Source: Patescibacteria group bacterium
GTDB lineage: Bacteria; Patescibacteriota; Microgenomatia; UBA10105; UBA927
Direction: 5' to 3'
Assembly (NCBI GenBank): GCA_035510735.1
Contig: DATKGN010000004.1
Span: forward strand, 307,810 to 371,809
Length of the DNA stretch: 64,000 nucleotides
Below are positions 27,973-37,617 of the stretch, piece by piece (positions within the stretch are counted from its first letter, which is position 1; each line of letters starts with the position of its first letter). A program made the translations under genes and the position numbers. The notes beneath the pieces are model-generated. The model ran no database searches. It saw only the letters and a program-made list of their open reading frames with translations, and was not told the origin of the DNA.

Positions 27973-28507
27973 TTGTATTTTCTGCCTCATCGGGAACTGC
28001 TCCACAATAAGGGTTGATAAGCATCCGATAAAGCAGTTCCCACTGTTGTTGTGACGGCTCCTGGCGCCTAACGTCAAAATCGCTATCAGGCATGTTCTGA
28101 AAATTGTTGAATGTTACACTGCTTTCTATATAAGGATCTCCGGGAGTTATTTTTATATTCAGCGAATACCCCGAAAATAAAATGCTTGTGGGATAATTGA
28201 AAAACAGATCGACAGAAGCCGCTTGCGGACTTATGTTGGTGTTCACTGATGGGCGGACGTTGACGCTGTCCGGATGCTTATAAGGAAACGGTAAAAGGTT
28301 GCGTGGTCCCCGATGAAACCAGATAAGTTTATCCACTCCCTGCCTTATAGGCTCGTCGATGTCGACAGCAAAATAAATACCCATGTCAGCCCCGTAGGTG
28401 CCGTCAGGTTGCAGTTTGCAGAGCTTGTCGACGAATCGATGAATTTTTTCCTGTATCGCAATATCTGCTTCTGGAGTTTTGGATTGATCAAGCTCCGCAA
28501 TGTTCAT
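27944..28507 (-). CDS. Hypothetical protein (cassette gene 1 at the rnj/typA junction)
   Basis: 187-aa ORF with no recognisable family. Its 3' end overlaps the last codons of rnj. Confidence 0.5.
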   Translation of the reverse strand: MNIAELDQSKTPEADIAIQEKIHRFVDKLCKLQPDGTYGADMGIYFAVDIDEPIRQGVDKLIWFHRGPRNLLPFPYKHPDSVNVRPSVNTNISPQAASVDLFFNYPTSILFSGYSLNIKITPGDPYIESSVTFNNFQNMPDSDFDVRRQEPSQQQWELLYRMLINPYCGAVPDEAENTIILPRSQEL

Positions 28508-28595
28508 ACAAGAGAATTACACTGCTTTGGGGCTTTATTGTCAACTATTTGATCGTGAGAACGTTTAATTTTCCGTCCGTTTGGCGGACTGCTCG

Positions 28596-28628
28596 CCGCT
28601 TATTGTCCCAGTAATCGTGGAAGTATAA
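28596..28628 (+). repeat. Duplicated rnj 3'-end fragment (PLIVPVIVEV-stop)
   Basis: 25/30 nt identical to 27943-27972. All 5 differences are synonymous third positions. Peptide identical to the RNase J C-terminus. Confidence 0.75.
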
Positions 28629-28645
28629 AGGATCCTACTTTGTTA

Positions 28646-29005
28646 TTATGGTGTAGTTGTAATGGTCGGACTAGGTGTTAGATACGCCCTGTTGGATTGC
28701 GGCATATAAACACTCTTTGCATTTTGTCGTTCGATTTGTTGATTTTTGATATCTTTTAGATAACTGGGCGGAGTAGGTTTTCTTTTAGGAGTCGAACTAG
28801 GGCTAGGGTTAGGCGTTACGCTTGTCAGACATTTTCCGTTACGACATGCGAAATTCGCGTTTCGCGACCTTGCAAATGACGTCAAACTGAAGTTTCCGTA
28901 CACAGTTGCCACGGCCAGAAGGATAAGAACGCCGAGTGTAACGACAGTGACCGCAAGAAGCTTGGCCTGCTTATGTGCTTTGCTATCAGCTGTTGATTTT
29001 ATCAT
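28646..29005 (-). CDS. Small membrane-anchored Pro/Thr-rich hypothetical protein (cassette gene 2)
   Basis: 119 aa with an N-terminal TM helix. Confidence 0.45.
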   Translation of the reverse strand: MIKSTADSKAHKQAKLLAVTVVTLGVLILLAVATVYGNFSLTSFARSRNANFACRNGKCLTSVTPNPSPSSTPKRKPTPPSYLKDIKNQQIERQNAKSVYMPQSNRAYLTPSPTITTTP

Positions 29006-29069
29006 ATAGATTTACTGTAAAGTGGGAAATAGTGCATGTCAAGAATGACGCGCCTGTAGCGTGAGGTAG

Positions 29070-29111
29070 TTAACAAATTTATTGAAAAATTAGTTATCCT
29101 TCCGTTGCGCC
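29070..29111 (-). repeat. Duplicated typA 3'-end fragment (MRIDRVRAQRKDN-stop on minus strand)
   Basis: Compare the native TypA C-terminus AKIDRVRAQRTNN-stop at 30127-30168. The nucleotide core GCGGTCGATT is shared. Confidence 0.65.
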
Positions 29112-29162
29112 CGTACGCGGTCGATTCTCATGGAGCGTTTCGTGGAATTCGGCTGCATGCTG

Positions 29163-29192
29163 TTTATGGTGCCGGTGATTGTGGAAGTCTAG
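29163..29192 (+). repeat. Third copy of rnj 3'-end fragment (FMVPVIVEV-stop)
   Basis: VPVIVEV-stop is identical to the RNase J terminus. It lies head-to-head with the typA fragment. Confidence 0.6.
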
Positions 29193-29255
29193 TTTAGACT
29201 GTCAATGTAATCTAAAATTGATTTTTTACCCCGGAAGTTGTAGGATCGATCAGCT

Positions 29256-30107
29256 ATGAGCATGGATGAATTTATTGATCAACGGATAGCAGCGCACGCC
29301 GCAGCGGCAGCTTCTCGAAAATCTGCAGTTGTGGAACCGCAAAATACACCCCCAAAACTAGAGGATTGGATGATAAAAGGAGCTCAAAAGTTTGATGATT
29401 ATTTAACCTCTGTTAATAATGTTCTTGAGCGATCTCAGATCGAGCCAATTATAAGAGGAATTTTTGATTATGCGGCTCGCCATAACGTGTATAGAGATCG
29501 GGAGATTAATTTTTATACTGAAGTAATGGTAACTTCCCGAGCGACGATCTCTGAGTTGGTAAATAAAGTTATATATAACGAAGGATTACCACAGCCTCGC
29601 ATAGAAAAAAAATATTCTCTACCACTTTACGGCGGGCAAGTTATTAGTCCAGCAAAACTAACTATTCACACGATCGAAGAAGCATTTCAAAGTGCTTACT
29701 TACTTGTTCAACTAAGTGAGCAAAAATCCAGTTATCATTCACCAATAGAAATGATAAAAACACAGTATATTCGCAAATCACAATCTAGTGATTATTATGA
29801 ACATGCATATCCGCCGGATTATTGGCTCGCTTCTGTATCCTGGACTTATTGGGGAACGAAAGGAGGATATCTTCCTGGTGATGGGAGTCGTCATCAGGGT
29901 GGTGGTAGTTCATATTATTACGAAGCGGAAGTGGAAGAAGGGTTTACGGTCTTTGTGAAGCCGACTGGCATGGGTATATTGGGGTCCCCAACGGAGAATT
30001 GCGAGAAAATCAGGTCTTCCCCAATATTAATTGGTGAGGCGGGAATTGATAATGTAACTTTAATTAAACAACGACTAACGGACGCATATCTAGGCCAACT
30101 CAAATAA
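29256..30107 (+). CDS. Hypothetical protein (cassette gene 3)
   Basis: 283-aa ORF with no recognisable family. Confidence 0.55.
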   Translation: MSMDEFIDQRIAAHAAAAASRKSAVVEPQNTPPKLEDWMIKGAQKFDDYLTSVNNVLERSQIEPIIRGIFDYAARHNVYRDREINFYTEVMVTSRATISELVNKVIYNEGLPQPRIEKKYSLPLYGGQVISPAKLTIHTIEEAFQSAYLLVQLSEQKSSYHSPIEMIKTQYIRKSQSSDYYEHAYPPDYWLASVSWTYWGTKGGYLPGDGSRHQGGGSSYYYEAEVEEGFTVFVKPTGMGILGSPTENCEKIRSSPILIGEAGIDNVTLIKQRLTDAYLGQLK

Positions 30108-30126
30108 AAGATTTGTAGAAATCTTT

Positions 30127-32010
30127 TTAATTATTTGTTCTTTGTGCCCGAACGCGGTCGATTTTCGCGAGGTGTTTTTTTCGGAGACGGAGATTCTTGG
30201 GCGTCACTTCCAATAGTTCATCATCCTCAATGAAATCCAGACATTGTTCAAGCGACAGAACCGTCGGCGGATCGAGTTGAATGGCGATATCGGCATTGGC
30301 TGAGTGAATGTTCGTCAATTTCTTAGTTTTACAAACGTTGATATCGATATCATTTTGCTTCGGATTGATTCCGATGATCATCCCTTCATATACCGGCACT
30401 CCGGGTCCGATAAACGCCTTGCCGCGGTCCTGGACGGTCGTGAGGGCATATGCAGAAGAGACGCCGGTTTCCCATGAGATAAGGACGCCATTCCTGAGTT
30501 TCGGTATGTGCGGCGTAAGCGGGAAATACCCGATGAACCGGGTGGCAAATATTCCTTTCCCTCGGGTTTTGGTCATGATATCGGTTCTGAATCCCAATAA
30601 ATTGCGGCTACTTACTTTGTAGACCATGCGCGTGATGTTCCGCTCATCAGTGTGGGTGTCAAGGAGCTCTGCGCGGCGTTTCCCGAGCTCCTCGGTGATG
30701 ATGCCGACCATATTCGTATCGATTTCTATCGTTATTTCCTCAAATGGTTCGCTCTTAACGCCGTCAATATCCTTCAAAATTACCTCTGGTTTACTGACCT
30801 GTAGTTCATAGTCCTCGCGCCTGAGATTTTCGATGAGTACCGCAAGATGAAGTTCTCCCCGGCCGCACACGATAAATCCCTGACCTGACGGATTTTCATC
30901 GATTTTGAGACCAATGTTCGTTTGTTTTTCCTTAAGGAGTCGTTGATGGATTTGGCGGGCATTACAGAATTTGCCGTCCCGGCCGGAGAGAGGTGAGGTA
31001 TTGGCGGCGACTAAAATTTTCAGCGTTGGTTCCTCAAGCTTGATCATCGGGTACCCAATCGGGTCGGCAGGATCGGCAATCGTGTGGCCGATACCGACAT
31101 CCGGAATGCCTGTGAGGGCGATAATGTCTCCGGGTTCGCTTTTGGCGACTTCCACACGGTGAAGTCCAACGCTGGTAAATACGCCCTCGACTTTACATTG
31201 CCCGAGTTTTTCATTCTCAAGAAGGTGCACGATTGATTGGCCGGGTGAAATCATCCCCTGGGTCACTTTTCCGATCGCAAATGTTCCCTTATAATTATCG
31301 AAATCAAGTGTAGAAACAAGCATTTTAAACGGCTTTTCGGCATCCATTTTCGGAGGAGGAATCTGCTCAATAATCGTTTTAAAAAGAGGCGTTAAGTCAC
31401 CTGCAAGGTTCATATTATTCGGATACGATTCCCACGCTTTGCCTTCACGTCCGATTGCATAGAGAACAGGAAAATTGAGATGGTGTTCGTGCTTCGCCAA
31501 TCGTAAAAAAAGCTCTTCGGTTTCTCTGAGGACTTCCGTAGCACGGGCGTCCTTGCGGTCAATTTTGTTAATGACCACGATTACCTTAAGATTGTATTCA
31601 AGTGCTTTTTGAAGAACGAACTGAGTCTGGGGAAGCGGGCCTTCGGCGGCGTCCACGATGAGAAGCACTCCGTCAGCCATATTGATCGTCCGTTCAACCT
31701 CGCCGCTGAAGTCGGAGTGACCTGGGGTGTCGATAATATTAATTTTTGTATCGTTATAGCGGACTGCGGTGTTTTTTGCGAGGATGGTGATCCCTTTTTC
31801 GCGCTCGAGGTCGTTACTGTCGAGAATCGTCGTTTGGGTCATTTCAGCCTCATTTTCGCGGAATGTATGGGTCTGTTTGAGCATCCCGTCAACGAGGGTT
31901 GTTTTTCCATGATCTACATGGGCGATGATTGCAATATTCCGTATATCCATATCAAAAAATAAATCCCTCCGCCCGCGTTCGATCCTGCCGCGATGAGTGG
32001 AGGGTGTCAA
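30127..32010 (-). CDS. typA: Ribosome-associated GTPase TypA/BipA
   Basis: IRNIAIIAHVDHGKTTLVD G-domain followed by EF-G-like domains. 627 aa. Confidence 0.93.
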   Translation of the reverse strand: MTPSTHRGRIERGRRDLFFDMDIRNIAIIAHVDHGKTTLVDGMLKQTHTFRENEAEMTQTTILDSNDLEREKGITILAKNTAVRYNDTKINIIDTPGHSDFSGEVERTINMADGVLLIVDAAEGPLPQTQFVLQKALEYNLKVIVVINKIDRKDARATEVLRETEELFLRLAKHEHHLNFPVLYAIGREGKAWESYPNNMNLAGDLTPLFKTIIEQIPPPKMDAEKPFKMLVSTLDFDNYKGTFAIGKVTQGMISPGQSIVHLLENEKLGQCKVEGVFTSVGLHRVEVAKSEPGDIIALTGIPDVGIGHTIADPADPIGYPMIKLEEPTLKILVAANTSPLSGRDGKFCNARQIHQRLLKEKQTNIGLKIDENPSGQGFIVCGRGELHLAVLIENLRREDYELQVSKPEVILKDIDGVKSEPFEEITIEIDTNMVGIITEELGKRRAELLDTHTDERNITRMVYKVSSRNLLGFRTDIMTKTRGKGIFATRFIGYFPLTPHIPKLRNGVLISWETGVSSAYALTTVQDRGKAFIGPGVPVYEGMIIGINPKQNDIDINVCKTKKLTNIHSANADIAIQLDPPTVLSLEQCLDFIEDDELLEVTPKNLRLRKKHLAKIDRVRAQRTNN

Positions 32011-32079
32011 GTGATACTTCTAGGTAAAATTATATCAAATACGGTTGCGGCTGTCGAATTTTGGGCCTATACTATCTGT

Positions 32080-34269
32080 ATGTCTAGGAAACGACGTTCT
32101 TTTTTGGGTGGGGGAAGACGGAAGTACCGCAAACGAAGTCCGTTTCAGATTAAGCTCAAACAGCAAACGGTTCTTACGGTGGGCGCGATCTGGCTTTGGT
32201 TATTCGCCGGTATTATTACAATTTCTTTTTTTGCAAACGGCGAGCTCCTGACCCGGCTTCGGGAAGAACTCATGCTTCACGTCGGATGGATTATGTACGG
32301 CCTGCCTCCTTTCCTCGTGACCTTAAGCTTCCTGTTTTTTAAGATAAAATCCGATATCGGCAAGCCCAATGTTCCGATGGGGATCGGTGTTATCCTTTTG
32401 TCCCTCATGGCGCTTACGCAGGCCGGAATTGCGGGTGACGCGATCTGGAATATGCTCATGGTCCATCTTTCAACGGAAGGCGCTCTCTTAACCTACCTGG
32501 CTTTATTTATCATCGGGATTATTCTCCTTTTCAATTCATCGCTTGATGCCGTTATGAATTTCGTTATCACGGGGGCTGAAACTGCAGCTCACGGGGTTGG
32601 TAATTTTTTCGGCTCACTCTTTACGAAAAAAGACGATTTGCCGTTTGCCCCCGGTAAAACGCAGTTGAAAATTAAAGGTATGGATGACGGAAAGCCCACC
32701 ATGATAAAAGCACCGATGGTGCCGCCGCCGGTTCCGGGTAAATCGCCGGTTCATTCAGTAAATACAGGAGTAAAGTCAGAAGTCAAAATAAAAGATACAA
32801 CGCTTGCGGCACCTCCCGAGAAAATATGGGAATATCCACCGGTTTCGCTCCTTTCTGACGGTCCGGGACAGAAGGCGGACCGCGGAGATGTGCGAAGGAA
32901 TGCTTCGACGATCGAAAAAACGCTTGAAAGTTTCGGGATTATGGCAAAAGTTGCCGAGGTTAACTCCGGTCCCGCTGTGACACAGTACGCAATTGAGATT
33001 GCTCTTGGCACGAAAGTATCGAAAATTACGTCACTATCAAGCGATTTGGCATTATCGCTTTCCGCTCCGACCGGGGCTGTACGTATAGAAGCTCCGATTC
33101 CCGGGAGAAATCTTGTGGGCATTGAAATCCCGAATCGCGGTCTTGAATTTGTAACACTGAAAAAGATGCTTCAATCCGATGTGATGCGTAAAGCTAAGAG
33201 TAAACTGGCGGTGGCCCTGGGCCTTGATGTCTCGGGAAATCCCGTTATTGCAGATATCGGGAAAATGCCGCATGCGCTGGTTGCAGGTACTACCGGTTCC
33301 GGAAAATCGGTTCTCATTAATTCATGGATAACGTCGCTTCTTTTCCGTACCAATCCTTCCGAAGTAAAACTTATTCTTGTTGATCCTAAACGTGTGGAAC
33401 TTACCGGTTACAACGGTATTCCTCATCTATTGACGCCGGTTATCGTGGAAACTGACAAAATTTTGTCGGCATTACGGTGGGCGACCGGTGAGATGGAGCA
33501 TCGGTATAAGCAGTTTGCGGAAGTAGGCGTTCGCAATATTGACGGGTTTAACGAGCTTTCCGGTTTTCAGGCGATGCCGTATATCGTCATCTTCATCGAT
33601 GAGTTGGCTGATCTTATGGCGTACGCTCCGGTTGAAGTTGAAGATACGATCTGCCGATTGGCTCAGATGGCCAGAGCTACCGGCATCCATTTGGTGCTTG
33701 CAACCCAGCGGCCGAGCGTCGATGTCATCACCGGTCTTATCAAGGCAAACGTACCGAGCAGAATTGCGTTTAACGTCTCTTCCATGATCGACTCCCGTGT
33801 TGTTTTGGACATGCCGGGCGCTGAAAAGTTACTTGGTCGGGGAGATATGTTATATATTCCCGCTGACCAGTCAAAGCCGAGTAGGATTCAGGGCACGTAT
33901 GTGTCAGAACATGAAGTATCGAAAGTTGTAGAATTCCTGAAAAGCAAAAATTCACCGGTTCAATACACCGAAGAAGTGACGAGCCATCCTGTTGCAATCG
34001 GTGGTAAAAAAGGGATGAGCATCGGGAATGTTGATGGAAAAGATCAGATGTTTGAACAGGCGCTGCGGCTCATCTGTCAGCACGATAAAGCGTCAGCTTC
34101 CCTCCTTCAGCGCCGCCTGTCCGTCGGATACGCACGGGCTGCACGGATTCTCGATCAACTGGAAGAAGCAGGAATAATAGGCCCTGCCGAAGGATCAAAA
34201 CCTCGGGATGTTCTTATGAAAAACCCCGACGAATATCTTGCCCAACAAGCACAACAACCAGCGGAATAA
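32080..34269 (+). CDS. ftsK: DNA translocase FtsK/SpoIIIE
   Basis: N-terminal TM segments and an ATPase motor (HALVAGTTGSGKSV, LVLATQRPSVDVITG). C-terminal gamma winged-helix. ATG at 32080 avoids overlap with the divergent typA. Confidence 0.9.
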   Translation: MSRKRRSFLGGGRRKYRKRSPFQIKLKQQTVLTVGAIWLWLFAGIITISFFANGELLTRLREELMLHVGWIMYGLPPFLVTLSFLFFKIKSDIGKPNVPMGIGVILLSLMALTQAGIAGDAIWNMLMVHLSTEGALLTYLALFIIGIILLFNSSLDAVMNFVITGAETAAHGVGNFFGSLFTKKDDLPFAPGKTQLKIKGMDDGKPTMIKAPMVPPPVPGKSPVHSVNTGVKSEVKIKDTTLAAPPEKIWEYPPVSLLSDGPGQKADRGDVRRNASTIEKTLESFGIMAKVAEVNSGPAVTQYAIEIALGTKVSKITSLSSDLALSLSAPTGAVRIEAPIPGRNLVGIEIPNRGLEFVTLKKMLQSDVMRKAKSKLAVALGLDVSGNPVIADIGKMPHALVAGTTGSGKSVLINSWITSLLFRTNPSEVKLILVDPKRVELTGYNGIPHLLTPVIVETDKILSALRWATGEMEHRYKQFAEVGVRNIDGFNELSGFQAMPYIVIFIDELADLMAYAPVEVEDTICRLAQMARATGIHLVLATQRPSVDVITGLIKANVPSRIAFNVSSMIDSRVVLDMPGAEKLLGRGDMLYIPADQSKPSRIQGTYVSEHEVSKVVEFLKSKNSPVQYTEEVTSHPVAIGGKKGMSIGNVDGKDQMFEQALRLICQHDKASASLLQRRLSVGYARAARILDQLEEAGIIGPAEGSKPRDVLMKNPDEYLAQQAQQPAE

Positions 34270-34277
34270 CGAGGAGT

Positions 34278-34928
34278 ATGAAAACTGTCGGAGAAATGCT
34301 TCAGGAAGCCCGTCAGAGCAAGCATCTTACGCTTGAGGATATTGAAGAGGGTACGAAAATCCGCTTAAAATTTTTACGTGCAATCGAAGCAAACGATTTT
34401 AGCACCATGCCGTCGCTTTCTTACGCCAAAGGATTCGTAAAAAATTACGGTGAATACTTAGGGATGGATAGCCGCGTCGTGTTGGCTTTTTTCAGAAGAC
34501 AGATCGCCGATGCTCCCAGGTCAAGCTTACTTCCGAAAGGCATGGAGAAGCCTCTTAACCGGTCCCTTATCCAATTGACGCCCGGTAGATTTATCGGGCT
34601 TATCGTGGTTGTTTGCGTTGTCCTATTTCTGGCGTATTTTGTCCTTCAATACCGGACACTGAACCAGCCGCCCATCCTGACCATCGACCAGCCGACGAAC
34701 CAGAAGGTGGTGAGCGACAGTCGTGTGGAAATATTTGGAAAAACTGATCCCGATGCTACGGTTACCATTAATGGAGTGAGTGTTCTGGTTCGCGGGGACG
34801 GTAAATTTTTTGATCAGGTAGGCTTGGATTCAGGTGTTAATACGATTGTGATCACTGCGACGAGCAGGTTCGGCAAATCGTCGACTGTCACGCGAGAAGT
34901 CGGGTATACAGCCCAAGAAAACCATTGA
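34278..34928 (+). CDS. RodZ-like cytoskeleton protein (XRE-type HTH + TM + C-terminal domain)
   Basis: N-terminal HTH (LTLEDIEEGTKIRLKFLRAIE), one TM helix and an extracytoplasmic DUF4115-like C-terminal domain. Confidence 0.55.
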   Translation: MKTVGEMLQEARQSKHLTLEDIEEGTKIRLKFLRAIEANDFSTMPSLSYAKGFVKNYGEYLGMDSRVVLAFFRRQIADAPRSSLLPKGMEKPLNRSLIQLTPGRFIGLIVVVCVVLFLAYFVLQYRTLNQPPILTIDQPTNQKVVSDSRVEIFGKTDPDATVTINGVSVLVRGDGKFFDQVGLDSGVNTIVITATSRFGKSSTVTREVGYTAQENH

Positions 34929-34985
34929 CATACGTGTGATTTTGCGTAATACTTAACGCACATTTAGTTAGCAATTTTTCTGCCC

Positions 34986-35246
34986 ATGGATCCTATTGCA
35001 CTGACCATTATCGGCGTTAGCATAACCCTTACGATCGTCCTCGTAATCATCGGTATTCAGATTGCCTTCATTCTGAAAGAATTCCGCCAAAGTGTGCAAA
35101 AAAGCAATAAAATGCTTGACGATGCGGGGAAGGTTACCGGTACCGTTAGTGAAGGTGTGACGAGCGCGGCAGGATTTGTCAACGGAATCAGGGCCGGACT
35201 TTCTATGATCACCTCGATTCAGAAAAAGGGAGATCATCATGAATAA
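34986..35246 (+). CDS. Small membrane protein (DUF948-like)
   Basis: 86 aa with an N-terminal TM helix. Paired with a YtxH-like gene. Confidence 0.4.
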   Translation: MDPIALTIIGVSITLTIVLVIIGIQIAFILKEFRQSVQKSNKMLDDAGKVTGTVSEGVTSAAGFVNGIRAGLSMITSIQKKGDHHE

Positions 35247-35634
35247 TAATGAACGCCACGGGATGGACATGCAGTTTTTATTCGGACTGTTCATCGGAGG
35301 ATTGGTGGGTGCACTCATTATATTCTTCCTCGGCACCAAAGAAGGCAAAAAAGTTGAAAAAGTCATCGAAGATAAGGGGAGAGGTCTCGCAGATGATCTC
35401 GGTGACCAGCTAAAACAACTGGAGAAAAAAGGACAGGAACTCGTGAAGCAGGGTGAGGAAATAAAAGAACAGGTGATGGAGACACTTGAAGATAAGAAAG
35501 AGGATATGACGGAATCAACGACGCAAAAATTAGATACAGCCTTGGCTCATATAGAGGAGCTTCAGACACAGGGCCTTGATACAACCGCCGCGCTTCGCAG
35601 AAGGATCTTCAAAAACGTCCCGAAGAAACGATAA
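35239..35634 (+). CDS. YtxH-like general stress protein (DUF948 family)
   Basis: FLFGLFIGGLVGALIIFFLGTKEGKK glycine-zipper TM, then a coiled-coil E/K-rich region. Confidence 0.5.
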   Translation: MNNNERHGMDMQFLFGLFIGGLVGALIIFFLGTKEGKKVEKVIEDKGRGLADDLGDQLKQLEKKGQELVKQGEEIKEQVMETLEDKKEDMTESTTQKLDTALAHIEELQTQGLDTTAALRRRIFKNVPKKR

Positions 35635-35694
35635 TTGGGTTTCCATTATATTACCTCAATAGAGTAACGTGAAATTCACGGGTCAGATGGTATA

Positions 35695-37557
35695 ATGCGC
35701 TATATGAAATCAGAGGATGTTCGATCAAAATATCTTTCGTTTTTCAAGAAACGCGGGCACAAAGAGATCCCTTCTGCTAATTTAGTGCCGGAGAACGATC
35801 CGACCACGCTTTTCACTTCCTCCGGCATGCAGCCGCTTATCCCGTATCTTCTCGGACAACCTCATCCGTTGGGTAAACGACTTGTTGACAGTCAGAAATC
35901 CTTTCGTTCGCAGGATATTGATGAGGTCGGGGACAACCGGCACACAACATTTTTTGAAATGCTCGGCAACTGGTCGCTCGGAGATTATTTCAAAAAAGAA
36001 CAACTGCCGTGGATTTTTGAATTCTTAACCCATGACTTAGGGCTTGATCCCGCGAGATTATATGTTTCCGTGTTTGAAGGCCTGCCTGCGCAGGCAGGAA
36101 ATGAATCTGTGCCGAAAGATACGGTGTCCATCGATATCTGGAAAGAGATTTTTAGAGGTGCGGGAGTTGACGCCAAAGTGGGAGAACGGATATTTACCTA
36201 CCCCGCAAAAAAGAACTGGTGGAGCAGGAGCGGCGAGCCGCAGAATATGCCGCCTGATGAACCGGGCGGCCCGGACAGCGAGGTATTTTTTGATTTCGGA
36301 GAAGAGCTCGAATTCCATGAAAAGTCACAATATAAAAATGAAAAGTGCCATCCGAACTGTGATTGCGGGCGGTTTATGGAGATTGCCAATTCGGTTTTCA
36401 TGCAGTACCAGAAACAAAAAGACGGGTCACTTGTAGAGCTTAAACAAAAAAATGTGGATTTTGGCGGCGGTCTTGAGCGCCAGGTGGCGGCAACCGATGA
36501 CAACCCGGACGTTTTCCGCACTGATTTTTTCCTTCCCGTTATCGAGATTTTGTCCTCGGTATCGGGAAAAACGTACGGTGAAAAATCCGATGAAACCCGC
36601 GCGATGCGGATCATCGCCGACCATATGCGTGCAAGTGTGATGATGATGGCGGACGGCGTCCTTCCTTCCAATAAAACACAGGGATATATTCTTCGCCGCC
36701 TGGTCAGGCGTTCGCTTCTTTACGGGAGAAAACTCGGTTTATCAAAAGACCTTACCTATATCGGAAGATTAGTAGAACCCATCGCCGTGGTTTATGAACA
36801 CGCATATCCGTCGGTCAGCGAAAAAGCCAAGGAAATTCAATTAATTTTGCAGGAAGAAGCATTGCGGTTCGGCAAAACACTTGAGCGGGGAATTTCAGAA
36901 ATCGAAAAAGTGGGTAAGCTCGACGGTAAAATTGCATTTAATCTCTATGAGACGTACGGCTTCCCCTGGGAGATGACGGTAGAGGTCGCGACGGAAAAAG
37001 GCCAAACGGTTAACCGACTTCAGTTTGAGGAAGAATTTCGGAAACACCAGGAGCTCTCCCGGACGGCAGCCAAGGGCATGTTTAAAGGCGGCCTTGCCGA
37101 CCACAGCGAACAAACGACCAGGCTTCACACCGCGCATCACCTTTTGTTAGCCGCACTACAAAAGATTGTTGATCCGTCGATTAAACAGCGGGGAAGTAAC
37201 ATTACCGCCGAACGCCTTCGGATTGATGTCAATTTTGCGCGCAAACTTACACCGGAAGAGATAACGCAAATTGAAGTTCTGGTAAACAAAAAAATTGGCG
37301 AAGACCTTCCCGTCACGCGTGTTGTGATGGATAAGGAAAAGGCGGAAAAAATCGGTGCACAGATGGAGTTCGGCCAAAAGTATCCTGAAAAAGTTAACGT
37401 CTATTTTATCGGCGACCCCAAGGAGTATTACTCCGCGGAATTCTGCGGCGGACCGCACGTTTCCCATACCGGAGAGCTCGGGAAATTTAAAATTCTCAAA
37501 GAAGAATCCTCAGGAGCGGGTATCCGACGGATTTATGGGGTTGTCGCAAAACCGTAA
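35695..37557 (+). CDS. alaS: Alanine--tRNA ligase (catalytic + editing domains; C-Ala domain absent)
   Basis: Class II motifs (FTSSGMQPL, FFEMLGNWSLGDYFK), editing-domain HxxxH (HTAHHLL) and CGGPHV. 620 aa versus ~870 typical. The start may be the ATG at 35704. Confidence 0.9.
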   Translation: MRYMKSEDVRSKYLSFFKKRGHKEIPSANLVPENDPTTLFTSSGMQPLIPYLLGQPHPLGKRLVDSQKSFRSQDIDEVGDNRHTTFFEMLGNWSLGDYFKKEQLPWIFEFLTHDLGLDPARLYVSVFEGLPAQAGNESVPKDTVSIDIWKEIFRGAGVDAKVGERIFTYPAKKNWWSRSGEPQNMPPDEPGGPDSEVFFDFGEELEFHEKSQYKNEKCHPNCDCGRFMEIANSVFMQYQKQKDGSLVELKQKNVDFGGGLERQVAATDDNPDVFRTDFFLPVIEILSSVSGKTYGEKSDETRAMRIIADHMRASVMMMADGVLPSNKTQGYILRRLVRRSLLYGRKLGLSKDLTYIGRLVEPIAVVYEHAYPSVSEKAKEIQLILQEEALRFGKTLERGISEIEKVGKLDGKIAFNLYETYGFPWEMTVEVATEKGQTVNRLQFEEEFRKHQELSRTAAKGMFKGGLADHSEQTTRLHTAHHLLLAALQKIVDPSIKQRGSNITAERLRIDVNFARKLTPEEITQIEVLVNKKIGEDLPVTRVVMDKEKAEKIGAQMEFGQKYPEKVNVYFIGDPKEYYSAEFCGGPHVSHTGELGKFKILKEESSGAGIRRIYGVVAKP

Positions 37558-37617
37558 CGTGGTGATATATCTATCCTATAGTTGTAATTTCCCAACCGTT
37601 TTGCTAAAATCCGTTTA

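Noticed and set aside
27544-28077. 177-aa minus-strand ORF overlapping the 3' part of rnj
   Set aside because: Lies antisense inside conserved RNase J coding sequence. The downstream in-frame ORF 27944-28507 is the more plausible independent gene.
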